From contig OZ037768.1 of the NCBI GenBank assembly GCA_964035545.1, positions 11,316,741 to 11,380,740 of the forward strand: a DNA stretch of 64,000 bases, in the 5' to 3' direction. This document shows positions 13,242-24,042 of this stretch, in pieces. The notes under the pieces were generated by a model, which worked only from the letters and a program-made list of their open reading frames with translations, did no database searches and was not told where the DNA came from. How positions within the stretch are numbered: position 1 is the stretch's first letter; each line of letters opens with the position of its first letter. This DNA is from Bugula neritina. Taxonomy: Eukaryota > Animalia > Bryozoa. A program made the translations under genes and the position numbers.

Positions 13242-13361
13242 AAGTCTACAGCACCTGGTATTCCTAGGCGGTCACCCACCCAAGTACTAACCAGGCTCGA
13301 CGTTGCTTAGCTTCAGTGATCGGACGAGAACTGGCGTTTTCAACGTGATATGGTCGTAGAC
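13242..13361 (-). rRNA. 5S rRNA copy 17 (G8A, A83G, G97A; possible pseudogene)
   Basis: + strand TTCCTAGG, CCCACCCAAG and TGGTCGTAG. Confidence 0.9.
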
Positions 13362-14029
13362 AACAGTGCACCCTTCGCAGCGATACTGGCTGAAGAATTA
13401 GCGGGGCGCGCTCGAGCGTGCAAGCACGTTGGTGATGCAGTGGCTGCAGTGCGCATTGCCTACTCACACTCTGCAGGTCACAACACCAGTCATGATATTA
13501 TTATAGCTTAATGCACAGCAAAGGTTTAAAATAAGCAGGCCTGAGAGGGGGCAAGACGAGAGTCGCGACACCACGGCACACAACTGGAGAGTTGCGCGAA
13601 ATCTCCGCGTCACGTTCGTGTGACTTTCAGGATGTGTGCTGTAGCTTTAATTGAGATGAGTTTTGAAAGCATTTGCACATGTATATCAGGCAATTTAATT
13701 TTGGAATTATTTCAACACTGCATTAGAGTTGATTAAATAAAATATTATTCTTGAGAAAGTCTTAAACAATTTTTTTTGGAATTTGTGAAGCCATGCATCA
13801 GAAGAAATTCAAAAAGAATTTCAAAAATGAAAATATGTAATAAAAACAAGAATGATATAATATAGTATTATTTTTTGGAAAGGAATGTTGAATATTCCAT
13901 TTGAGTTAGTGTGTTGAAAAACATTTCACATCAGGAAGTTGGAAGAAATATTATTCAAGTAACTGATCATAATATTACTATTGCGTGTTGCCGATGTTTT
14001 TGTGTTTGAGGAGGGAAAAAAGGAAAAAA

Positions 14030-14149
14030 AAGTCTACAGCACCTGGTATTCCCAGGCGGTCACCCATCCAAGTACTAACCAGGCTTGACGTTGCTTAGCT
14101 TCAGTGATCGGACGAGAACTGGCGTTTTCAACGTGATATGGCCGTAGAC
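14030..14149 (-). rRNA. 5S rRNA copy 18 (G64A)
   Basis: + strand AGGCTTGACG; variant upstream flank ACAATTCACC. Confidence 0.95.
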
Positions 14150-14818
14150 AACAATTCACCCTTCGCAGCGATACTGGCTGAAGAATTAGCGAGGCGCGCT
14201 CGAGCGTGCAAGCACGTTGGTGATGCAGTGGCTGCAGTGGGCATTGCCTACTCACACTCTGCAGGTCACAACACCAGTCATGATATTATTATAGCTTAAT
14301 GCACAGCAATGGTTTAAAATAAGCAGGTCTGAGAGGGGTGCAAGACGAGAGTCGCGACACCACGGCACACAACTGGAGAGTTGCGCGAAGTCTCCGCGTC
14401 ACATTCGTGTGACTTTCAGGTTGTGTGCTGTAGCATTAATTGAGATGAGTTTTGAAAGCATTTGCACATGTATATCAGGCAATTTAATTTTGGAATTATT
14501 TCAACACTGCATTAGAGTTGATTAAATAAAATATTATTCTTGGGAAAGTCTTAAACAATTCTTTTTTGGAATTTGTGAAGCCATGCATCAGAAGAAATTC
14601 AAAAAAAATTTCAAAAATAAAAATATGTAATAAAAACAAGAATGATATAATATAGTATTATTTTTTGGAAAGGAATGTTGAATATTCCATTTGAGTTAGT
14701 GTGTTGAAAAACATTTCACATCAGCAAGTTGGAAGAAATATTATTCAAGTAACTGATCATAATATTACTATTGCGTGTTGCTAATGTTTTTGTGTTTGAG
14801 GAGAGAAAAAAGAAAAAA

Positions 14819-14938
14819 AAGTCTACAGCACCTGGTATTCCCAGGCGGTCACCCATCCAAGTACTAACCAGGCTCGAAGTTGCTTAGCTTCAGTGATCGG
14901 ACGAGAACTGGCGTTTTCAACGTGATATGGCCGTAGAC
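14819..14938 (-). rRNA. 5S rRNA copy 19 (G61T)
   Basis: + strand GGCTCGAAGT. Confidence 0.94.
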
Positions 14939-15606
14939 AACAGTGCACCCTTCGCAGCGATACTGGCTGAAGAATTAGCGGGGCGCGCTCGAGCGTGCAA
15001 GCACGTTGGTGATGCAGTGGCTGCAGTGCGCATTGCCTACTCACACTCTGCAGGTCACAACACCAGTCATGATATTATTATAGCTTAATGCACAGCAAAG
15101 GTTTAAAATAAGCAGGCCTGAGAGGGGGCAAGACGAGAGTCGCGACACCATGGCACACAACTGGAGAGTTGCGCGAAATCTCCGCGTCACATTCGTGTGA
15201 CTTTCAGGATGTGTGCTGTAGCTTTAATTGAGATGAGTTTTGAAAGCATTTGCACATGTATATCAGGCAATTTAATTTTGGAATTATTTCAACACTGCAT
15301 TAGAGTTGATTAAATAAAATATTATTCTTGAGAAAGTCTTAAACAATTCTTTTTTGGAATTTGTGAAGCCATGCATCAGAAGAAACTCAAAAAAAATTTC
15401 AAAAATAAAAATATGTAATAAAAACAAGAATGATATAATATAGTATTATTTTTTGGAAAGGAATGTTGAATATTCCATTTGAGTTAGTGTGTTGAAAAAC
15501 ATTTCACATCAGCAAGTTGGAAGAAATATTATTCAAGTAACTGATCATAATATTACTATTGCGTGTTGCTAATGTTTCTGTGTTTGAGGACAGAAAAAAG
15601 AAAAAA

Positions 15607-15726
15607 AAGTCTACAGCACCTGGTATTCCCAGGCGGTCACCCACCCAAGTACTAACCAGGCTCGACGTTGCTTAGCTTCAGTGATCGGACGAGAACTGGC
15701 GTTTTCAACGTGATATGGCCGTAGCC
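15607..15726 (-). rRNA. 5S rRNA copy 20 (T2G, A83G)
   Basis: + strand CCACCCAAG and GTAGCC. Confidence 0.93.
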
Positions 15727-16394
15727 AACAGTGCACCCTTCGCAGCGATACTGGCTGAAGAATTAGCGGGGCGCGCTCGAGCGTGCAAGCACGTTGGTGA
15801 TGCAGTGGCTGCAGTGCGCATTGCCTACTCACACTCTGCAGGTCACAACACCAATCATGATATTATTATAGCTTAATGCACAGCAAAAGTTTAAAATAAG
15901 CAGGCCTGAGAGGGGGCAAGACGAGAGTCGCGACACCACGGCACACAACTGGAGAGTTGCGCGAAATCTCCGCGTCACATTCGTGTGACTTTCAGGATGT
16001 GTGCTGTAGCTTTAATTGAGATGAGTTTTGAAAGCATTTGCACATGTATATCAGGCAATTTAATTTTGGAATTATTTCAACACTGCATTAGAGTTGATTA
16101 AATAAAATATTATTCTTGAGAAAGTCTTAAACAATTCTTTTTTGGAATTTGTGAAGCCATGCATCAGAAGAAATTCAAAAAGAATTTCAAAAATAAAAAT
16201 ATGTAATAAAAACAAGAATGATATAATATAGTATTTTTTTTTGGAAAGGAATGTTGAATATTCCATTTGAGTTAGTGTGTTGAAAAACATTTCACATCAG
16301 GAAGTTGGAAGAAATATTATTCAAGTAACTGATCATAATATTACTATTGCGTGTTGCCAATGTTTTTGTGTTTGAGGAGAGAAAAAAGAAAAAA

Positions 16395-16514
16395 AAGTCT
16401 ACAGCACCTGGTATTCCCAGGCGGTCACCCATCCAAGTACTAACCAGGCTTGACGTTGCTTAGCTTCAGTGATCGGACGAGAACTGGCGTTTTCAACGTG
16501 ATATGGCCGTAGAC
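16395..16514 (-). rRNA. 5S rRNA copy 21 (G64A)
   Basis: + strand AGGCTTGACG. Confidence 0.95.
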
Positions 16515-17182
16515 ACCAGTGCACCCTTCGCAGCGATACTGGCTGAAGAATTAGCGGGGCGCGCTCGAGCGTGCAAGCACGTTGGTGATGCAGTGGCTGC
16601 AGTGCGCATTGCCTACTCACACTCTGCAGGTCACAACACCAGTCATGATATTATTATAGCTTAATGCACAGCAAAGGTTTAAAATAAGCAGGCCTGAGAG
16701 GGGGCAAGACGAGAGTCGCGACACCACGGCACACAACTGGAGAGTTGCGCGAAATCTCCGCGTCACATTCGTGTGACTTTCAGGATGTGTGCTGTAGCTT
16801 TAATTGAGATGAGTTTTGAAAGCATTTGCACATGTATATCAGGCAATTTATTTTTGGAATTATTTCAACACTGCATTAGAGTTGATTAAATAAAATATTA
16901 TTCTTGAGAAAGTCTTAAACAATTCTTTTTTGGAATTTGTGAAGCCATGCATCAGAAGAAATTCAAAAAGAATTTCAAAAATAAAAATATGTAATAAAAA
17001 CAAGAATGATATAATATAGTATTATTTTTTGGAAAGGAATGTTGAATATTCCATTTGAGTTAGTGTGTTGAAAAACATTTCACATCAGGAAGTCGGAAGA
17101 AATATTATTCAAGTAACTGATCATAATATTACTATTGCGTGTTGCCAATGTTTTTGTGTTTGAGGAGAGAAAAAAGAAAAAA

Positions 17183-17302
17183 AAGTCTACAGCACCTGGT
17201 ATTCCCAGGCGGTCACCCATCCAAGTACTAACCAGGCTTGACGTTGCTTAGCTTCAGTGATCGGACGAGAACTGGCGTTTTCAACGTGATATGGCCGTAG
17301 AC
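17183..17302 (-). rRNA. 5S rRNA copy 22 (G64A)
   Basis: + strand AGGCTTGACG. Confidence 0.95.
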
Positions 17303-17971
17303 AACAGTGCACCCTTCGCAGCGATACTGGCTGAAGAATTAGCGAGGCGCGCTCGAGCGTGCAAGCACGTTGGTGATGCAGTGGCTGCAGTGCGCATTGC
17401 CTACTCACACTCTGCAGGTCACAACACCAGTCATGATATTATTATAGCTTCATGCACAGCAATGGTTTAAAATAAGCAGGTCTGAGAGGGGTGCAAGACG
17501 AGAGTCGCGACACCACGGCACACAACTGGAGAGTTGCGCGAAATCTCCGCGTCACATTCGTGTGACTTTCAGGTTGTGTGCTGTAGCATTAATTGAGATG
17601 AGTTTTGAAAGCATTTGCACATGTATATCAGGCAATTTAATTTTGGAATTATTTCAACACTGCATTAGAGTTGATTAAATAAAATATTATTCTTGAGAAA
17701 GTCTTAAACAATTCTTTTTTGGAATTTGTGAAGCCATGCAGCAAAAGAAATTCAAAAAAGATTTCAAAAATAAAAATATGTAATAAAAGCAAGAATGATA
17801 TAATATAGTATTATTTTTTGGAAAGGAATGTTGAATATTCCATTTGAGTTAGTGTGTTGAAAAACATTTCACATCAGCAAGTTGGAAGAAATATTATTCA
17901 AGTAACTGATCATAATATTACTATTGCGTGTTGCTAATGTTTTTGTGTTTGAGGACAGAAAAAAGAAAAAA

Positions 17972-18091
17972 AAGTCTACAGCACCTGGTATTCCCAGGCG
18001 GTCACCCATCCAAGTACTAACCAGGCTCGACGTTGCTTAGCTTCAGTGATCGGACGAGAACTGGCGTTTTCAACGTGATATGGCCGTAGAC
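17972..18091 (-). rRNA. 5S rRNA copy 23
   Basis: Same sequence as copy 1. Confidence 0.97.
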
Positions 18092-18759
18092 AACAGTGCA
18101 CCCTTCGCAGCGATACTGGCTGAAGAATTAGCGGGGCGCGCTCGAGCGTGCAAGCACGTTGGTGATGCAGTGGCTGCAGTGCGCATTGCCTACTCACACT
18201 CTGCAGGTCACAACACCAGTCATGATATTATTATAGCTTAATGCACAGCAAAGGTTTAAAATAAGCAGGCCTGAGAGGGGGCAAGACGAGAGTCGCGACA
18301 CCACGGCACACAACTGGAGAGTTGCGCGAAATCTCCGCGTCACATTCGTGTGACTTTCAGGATGTGTGCTGTAGCTTTAATTGAGATGAGTTTTGAAAGC
18401 ATTTGCACATGTATATCAGGCAATTTATTTTTGGAATTATTTCAACACTGCATTAGAGTTGATTAAATAAAATATTATTCTTGAGAAAGTCTTAAACAAT
18501 TCTTTTTTGGAATTTGTGAAGCCATGCATCAGAAGAAATTCAAAAAGAATTTCAAAAATAAAAATATGTAATAAAAACAAGAATGATATAATATAGTATT
18601 ATTTTTTGGAAAGGAATGTTGAATATTCCATTTGAGTTAGTGTGTTGAAAAACATTTCACATCAGGAAGTCGGAAGAAATATTATTCAAGTAACTGATCA
18701 TAATATTACTATTGCGTGTTGCCAATGTTTTTGTGTTTGAGGAGAGAAAAAAGAAAAAA

Positions 18760-18879
18760 AAGTCTACAGCACCTGGTATTCCCAGGCGGTCACCCATCCA
18801 AGTACTAACCAGGCTTGACGTTGCTTAGCTTCAGTGATCGGACGAGAACTGGCGTTTTCAACGTGATATGGCCGTAGAC
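18760..18879 (-). rRNA. 5S rRNA copy 24 (G64A)
   Basis: + strand AGGCTTGACG. Confidence 0.95.
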
Positions 18880-19548
18880 AACAGTGCACCCTTCGCAGCG
18901 ATACTGGCTGAAGAATTAGCGAGGCGCGCTCGAGCGTGCAAGCACGTTGGTGATGCAGTGGCTGCAGTGCGCATTGCCTACTCACACTCTGCAGGTCACA
19001 ACACCAGTCATGATATTATTATAGCTTCATGCACAGCAATGGTTTAAAATAAGCAGGTCTGAGAGGGGTGCAAGACGAGAGTCGCGACACCACGGCACAC
19101 AACTGGAGAGTTGCGCGAAATCTCCGCGTCACATTCGTGTGACTTTCAGGATGTGTGCTGTAGCATTGATTGAGATGAGTTTTGAAAGCATTTGCACATG
19201 TATATCAGGCAATTTAATTTTGGAATTATTTCAACACTGCATTAGAGTTGATTAAATAAAATATTATTCTTGAGAAAGTCTTAAACAATTCTTTTTTGGA
19301 ATTTGTGAAGCCATGCATCAGAAGAAATTCAAAAAAAATTTCAAAAATAAAAATATGTAATAAAAACAAGAATGATATAATGAAGTATTATTTTTTGGAA
19401 AGGAATGTTGAATATTCCATTTGAGTTAGTGTGTTGAAAAACATTTCACATCAGCAAGTTGGAAGAAATATTATTCAAGTAACTGATCATAATATTACTA
19501 TTGCGTGTTGCCAATGTTTTTGTGTTTGAGGACAGAAAAAAGAAAAAA

Positions 19549-19668
19549 AAGTCTACAGCACCTGGTATTCCCAGGCGGTCACCCATCCAAGTACTAACCA
19601 GGCTTGACGTTGCTTAGCTTCAGTGATCGGACGAGAACTGGCGTTTTCAACGTGATATGGCCGTAGAC
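19549..19668 (-). rRNA. 5S rRNA copy 25 (G64A)
   Basis: + strand AGGCTTGACG. Confidence 0.95.
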
Positions 19669-20337
19669 AACAGTGCACCCTTCGCAGCGATACTGGCTGA
19701 AGAATTAGCGGGGCGCGCTCGAGCGTGCAAGCACGTTGGTGATGCAGTGGCTGCAGTGCGCATTGCCTACTCACACTCTGCAGGTCACAACACCAGTCAT
19801 GATATTATTATAGCTTAATGCACAGCAATGGTTTAAAATAAGCAGGTCTGAGAGGGGTGCAAGACGAGAGTCGCGACACCACCGCACACAACTGGAGAGT
19901 TGCGCGAAATCTCCGCGTCACATTCGTGTGACTTTCAGGTTGTGTGCTGTAGCATTAATTGAGATGAGTTTTGAAAGCATTTGCACATGTATATCAGGCA
20001 ATTTAATTTTGGAATTATTTCAACACTGCATTAGAGTTGATTAAATAAAATATTATTCTTGAGAAAGTCTTAAACAATTCTTTTTTGGAATTTGTGAAGC
20101 CATGCATCAGAAGAAATTCAAAAAAAATTTCAAAAATAAAAATGTGTAATAAAAACAAGAATGATATAATATAGTATTATTTTTTGGAAAGGAATGTTGA
20201 ATATTCCATTTGAGTTAGTGTGTTGAAAAACATTTCACATCAGCGAGTTGGAAGAATTATTATTCAAGTAACTGATCATAATATTACTATTGCGTGTTGC
20301 CGATGTTTTTGTGTTTGAGGAGGGAAAAAAGAAAAAA

Positions 20338-20457
20338 AAGTCTACAGCACCTGGTATTCCCAGGCGGTCACCCATCCAAGTACTAACCAGGCTTGACGTT
20401 GCTTAGCTTCAGTGATCGGACGAGAACTGGCGTTTTCAACGTGATATGGCCGTAGAC
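20338..20457 (-). rRNA. 5S rRNA copy 26 (G64A)
   Basis: Same haplotype as copy 18. Confidence 0.95.
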
Positions 20458-21126
20458 AACAATTCACCCTTCGCAGCGATACTGGCTGAAGAATTAGCGA
20501 GGCGCGCTCGAGCGTGCAAGCACGTTGGTGATGCAGTGGCTGCAGTGGGCATTGCCTACTCACACTCTGCAGGTCACAACACCAGTCATGATATTATTAT
20601 AGCTTAATGCACAGCAATGGTTTAAAATAAGCAGGTCTGAGAGGGGTGCAAGACGAGAGTCGCGACACCACGGCACACAACTGGAGAGTTGCGCGAAGTC
20701 TCCGCGTCACATTCGTGTGACTTTCAGGTTGTGTGCTGTAGCATTAATTGAGATGAGTTTTGAAAGCATTTGCACATGTATATCAGGCAATTTAATTTTG
20801 GAATTATTTCAACACTGCATTAGAGTTGATTAAATAAAATATTATTCTTGAGAAAGTCTTAAACAATTCTTTTTTGGAATTTGTGAAGCCATGCATCAGA
20901 AGAAATTCAAAAAAAATTTCAAAAATAAAAATATGTAATAAAAACAAGAATGATATAATATAGTATTATTTTTTGGAAAGGAATGTTGAATATTCCATTT
21001 GAGTTAGTGTGTTGAAAAACATTTCACATCAGCAAGTTGGAAGAAATATTATTCAAGTAACTGATCATAATATTACTATTGCGTGTTGCTAATGTTTTTG
21101 TGTTTGAGGAGAGAAAAAAGAAAAAA

Positions 21127-21246
21127 AAGTCTACAGCACCTGGTATTCCCAGGCGGTCACCCATCCAAGTACTAACCAGGCTCGACGTTGCTTAGCTTCA
21201 GTGATCGGACGAGAACTGGCGTTTTCAACGTGATATGGCCGTAGAC
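21127..21246 (-). rRNA. 5S rRNA copy 27
   Basis: Same sequence as copy 1. Confidence 0.97.
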
Positions 21247-21914
21247 AACAGTGCACCCTTCGCAGCGATACTGGCTGAAGAATTAGCGGGGCGCGCTCGA
21301 GCGTGCAAGCACGTTGGTGATGCAGTGGCTGCAGTGCGCATTGCCTACTCACACTCTGCAGGTCACAACACCAGTCATGATATTATTATAGCTTAATGCA
21401 CAGCAAAGGTTTAAAATAAGCAGGCCTGAGAGGGGGCAAGACGAGAGTCGCGACACCATGGCACACAACTGGAGAGTTGCGCGAAATCTCCGCGTCACAT
21501 TCGTGTGACTTTCAGGATGTGTGCTGTAGCTTTAATTGAGATGAGTTTTGAAAGCATTTGCACATGTATATCAGGCAATTTAATTTTGGAATTATTTCAA
21601 CACTGCATTAGAGTTGATTAAATAAAATATTATTCTTGAGAAAGTCTTAAACAATTCTTTTTTGGAATTTGTGAAGCCATGCATCAGAAGAAATTCAAAA
21701 AAAATTTCAAAAATAAAAATATGTAATAAAAACAAGAATGATATAATATAGTATTATTTTTTGGAAAGGAATGTTGAATATTCCATTTGAGTTAGTGTGT
21801 TGAAAAACATTTCACATCAGCAAGTTGGAAGAAATATTATTCAAGTAACTGATCATAATATTACTATTGCGTGTTGCTAATGTTTCTGTGTTTGAGGACA
21901 GAAAAAAGAAAAAA

Positions 21915-22034
21915 AAGTCTACAGCACCTGGTATTCCCAGGCGGTCACCCACCCAAGTACTAACCAGGCTCGACGTTGCTTAGCTTCAGTGATCGGACGA
22001 GAACTGGCGTTTTCAACGTGATATGGCCGTAGCC
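21915..22034 (-). rRNA. 5S rRNA copy 28 (T2G, A83G)
   Basis: Same haplotype as copy 20. Confidence 0.93.
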
Positions 22035-22702
22035 AACAGTGCACCCTTCGCAGCGATACTGGCTGAAGAATTAGCGGGGCGCGCTCGAGCGTGCAAGCAC
22101 GTTGGTGATGCAGTGGCTGCAGTGCGCATTGCCTACTCACACTCTGCAGGTCACAACACCAGTCATGATATTATTATAGCTTAATGCACAGCAAAGGTTT
22201 AAAATAAGCAGGCCTGAGAGGGGGCAAGACGAGAGTCGCGACACCACGGCACACAACTGGAGAGTTGCGCGAAATCTCCGCGTCACATTCGTGTGACTTT
22301 CAGGATGTGTGCTGTAGCTTTAATTGAGATGAGTTTTGAGAGCATTTGCACATGTATATCAGGCAATTTAATTTTGGAATTATTTCAACACTGCATTAGA
22401 GTTGATTAAATAAAATATTATTCTTGAGAAAGTCTTAAACAATTCTTTTTTGGAATTTGTGAAGCCATGCATCAGAAGAAATTCAAAAAGAATTTCAAAA
22501 ATAAAAATATGTAATAAAAACAAGAATGATATAATATAGTATTATTTTTTGGAAAGGAATGTTGAATATTCCATTTGAGTTAGTGTGTTGAAAAACATTT
22601 CACATCAGCAAGTTGGAAGAAATATTATTCAAGTAACTGATCATAATATTACTATTGCGTGTTGCCAATATTTTTGTGTTTGAGGAGAGAAAAAAGAAAA
22701 AA

Positions 22703-22822
22703 AAGTCTACAGCACCTGGTATTCCCAGGCGGTCACCCATCCAAGTACTAACCAGGCTTGACGTTGCTTAGCTTCAGTGATCGGACGAGAACTGGCGTTT
22801 TCAACGTGATATGGCCGTAGAC
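22703..22822 (-). rRNA. 5S rRNA copy 29 (G64A)
   Basis: + strand AGGCTTGACG. Confidence 0.95.
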
Positions 22823-23430
22823 AACAGTGCACCCTTCGCAGCGATACTGGCTGAAGAATTAGCGAGGCGCGCTCGAGCGTGCGAGCACGTTGGTGATGCA
22901 GTGGCTGCAGTGCGCATTGCCTACTCACACTCTGCAGGTCACAACACCAGTCATGATATTATTATAGCTTAATGCACAGCAATGGTTTAAAATAAGCAGG
23001 TCTGAGAGGGGTGCAAGACGAGAGTCGCGACACCACGGCACACAACTGGAGAGTTGCGCGAAATCTCCGCGTCACATTCGTGTGACTTTCAGGTTGTGTG
23101 CTGTAGCATTAATTGAGATGAGTTTTGAAAGCATTTGCACATGTATATCAGGCAATTTAATTTTGGAATTATTTCAACACTGCATTAGAGTTGATTAAAT
23201 AAAATATTATTCTTGAGAAAGTCTTAAACAATTCTTTTTTGGAATTTGTGAAGCCATGCATCAGAAGAAATTCAAAAAAAATTTCAAAAATAAAAATATG
23301 TAATAAAAGCAAGAATGATATAATATAGTATTATTTTTTGGAAAGGAATGTTGAATATTCCATTTGAGTTAGTGTGTTGAAAAACATTTCACATCAGCAA
23401 GTTGGAAGAAATATTATTCAAGTAACTGAT

Positions 23431-23946
23431 TGTCACAAATTCTGAGTGTACATATATCTATAGACCTACCAGGTTTTTCCTAATGATTATACAGGAATGT
23501 TCATAAATATTCTAGACTAATCAAAGAGATGGGTCATTGTTCATTATTACTGTTTTCGTTAGTCATGTTAACTACTGCCCAGCAATGTAAACAAGGTATT
23601 GCGCAATAATTGCGAAATAACCATGGAAATTCCAATGTTTTGTTTTGTTTTTCTATAAATAGTATTGGCATGTGGGGAATGTTTTCTACTAGAATCTTCT
23701 GTACTGGAATGCTTGAGAATATTCTAGAGCTTTTTGTTTACTATAAATACTGAGGCAGTTGTGTTTACAGTTCAGTTCATTCTCGGAGTTCATTCTTATA
23801 CGTTCATCTGTGCATATCTTACTGAAGAAATAAAGTCTACTCTATTTACTCTCAACTGGATTAGCAAGCTGTATGCTACTTGTCTATACACTTCTGACTA
23901 CCAGACTTCTCGAACTCGTCACACTGCTACCTACAGTTTTGTGACA
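23431..23946 (+). repeat. 5' LTR (516 bp)
   Basis: TG...CA ends with a 9-bp terminal inverted repeat; TATAAA at 23742; AATAAA at 23829. No difference from the 3' LTR was seen by eye. Confidence 0.97.
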
Positions 23947-23948
23947 AT

Positions 23949-23966
23949 TGGGGGCTGCTCCGGGAA
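23949..23966 (+). promoter_or_regulatory. Primer-binding site, tRNA-Pro-like
   Basis: TGGGGGCTGCTCCGGGAA, 2 nt after the LTR, matches 15/18 of the canonical tRNA-Pro PBS TGGGGGCTCGTCCGGGAT. Confidence 0.8.
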
Positions 23967-24042
23967 GTCTCAGTCGCACACAGGGAAGTTATTAGTTACA
24001 ACGTGAGTATACACAGGATTAATTAACAGTTGTTGAGACATT

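Noticed and set aside
1-23430. CRISPR-like or satellite interpretation of the array
   Set aside because: Whole 789-bp units repeat with no unique spacers, and each unit contains a canonical 5S gene.
23825-23840. LTR sequence AAGAAATAAAGTCTAC resembling the 5S 3' end/terminator (Cassandra-like 5S capture)
   Set aside because: Only ~9 nt match, overlapping the LTR poly(A) signal; there is no box A/C or further 5S similarity.
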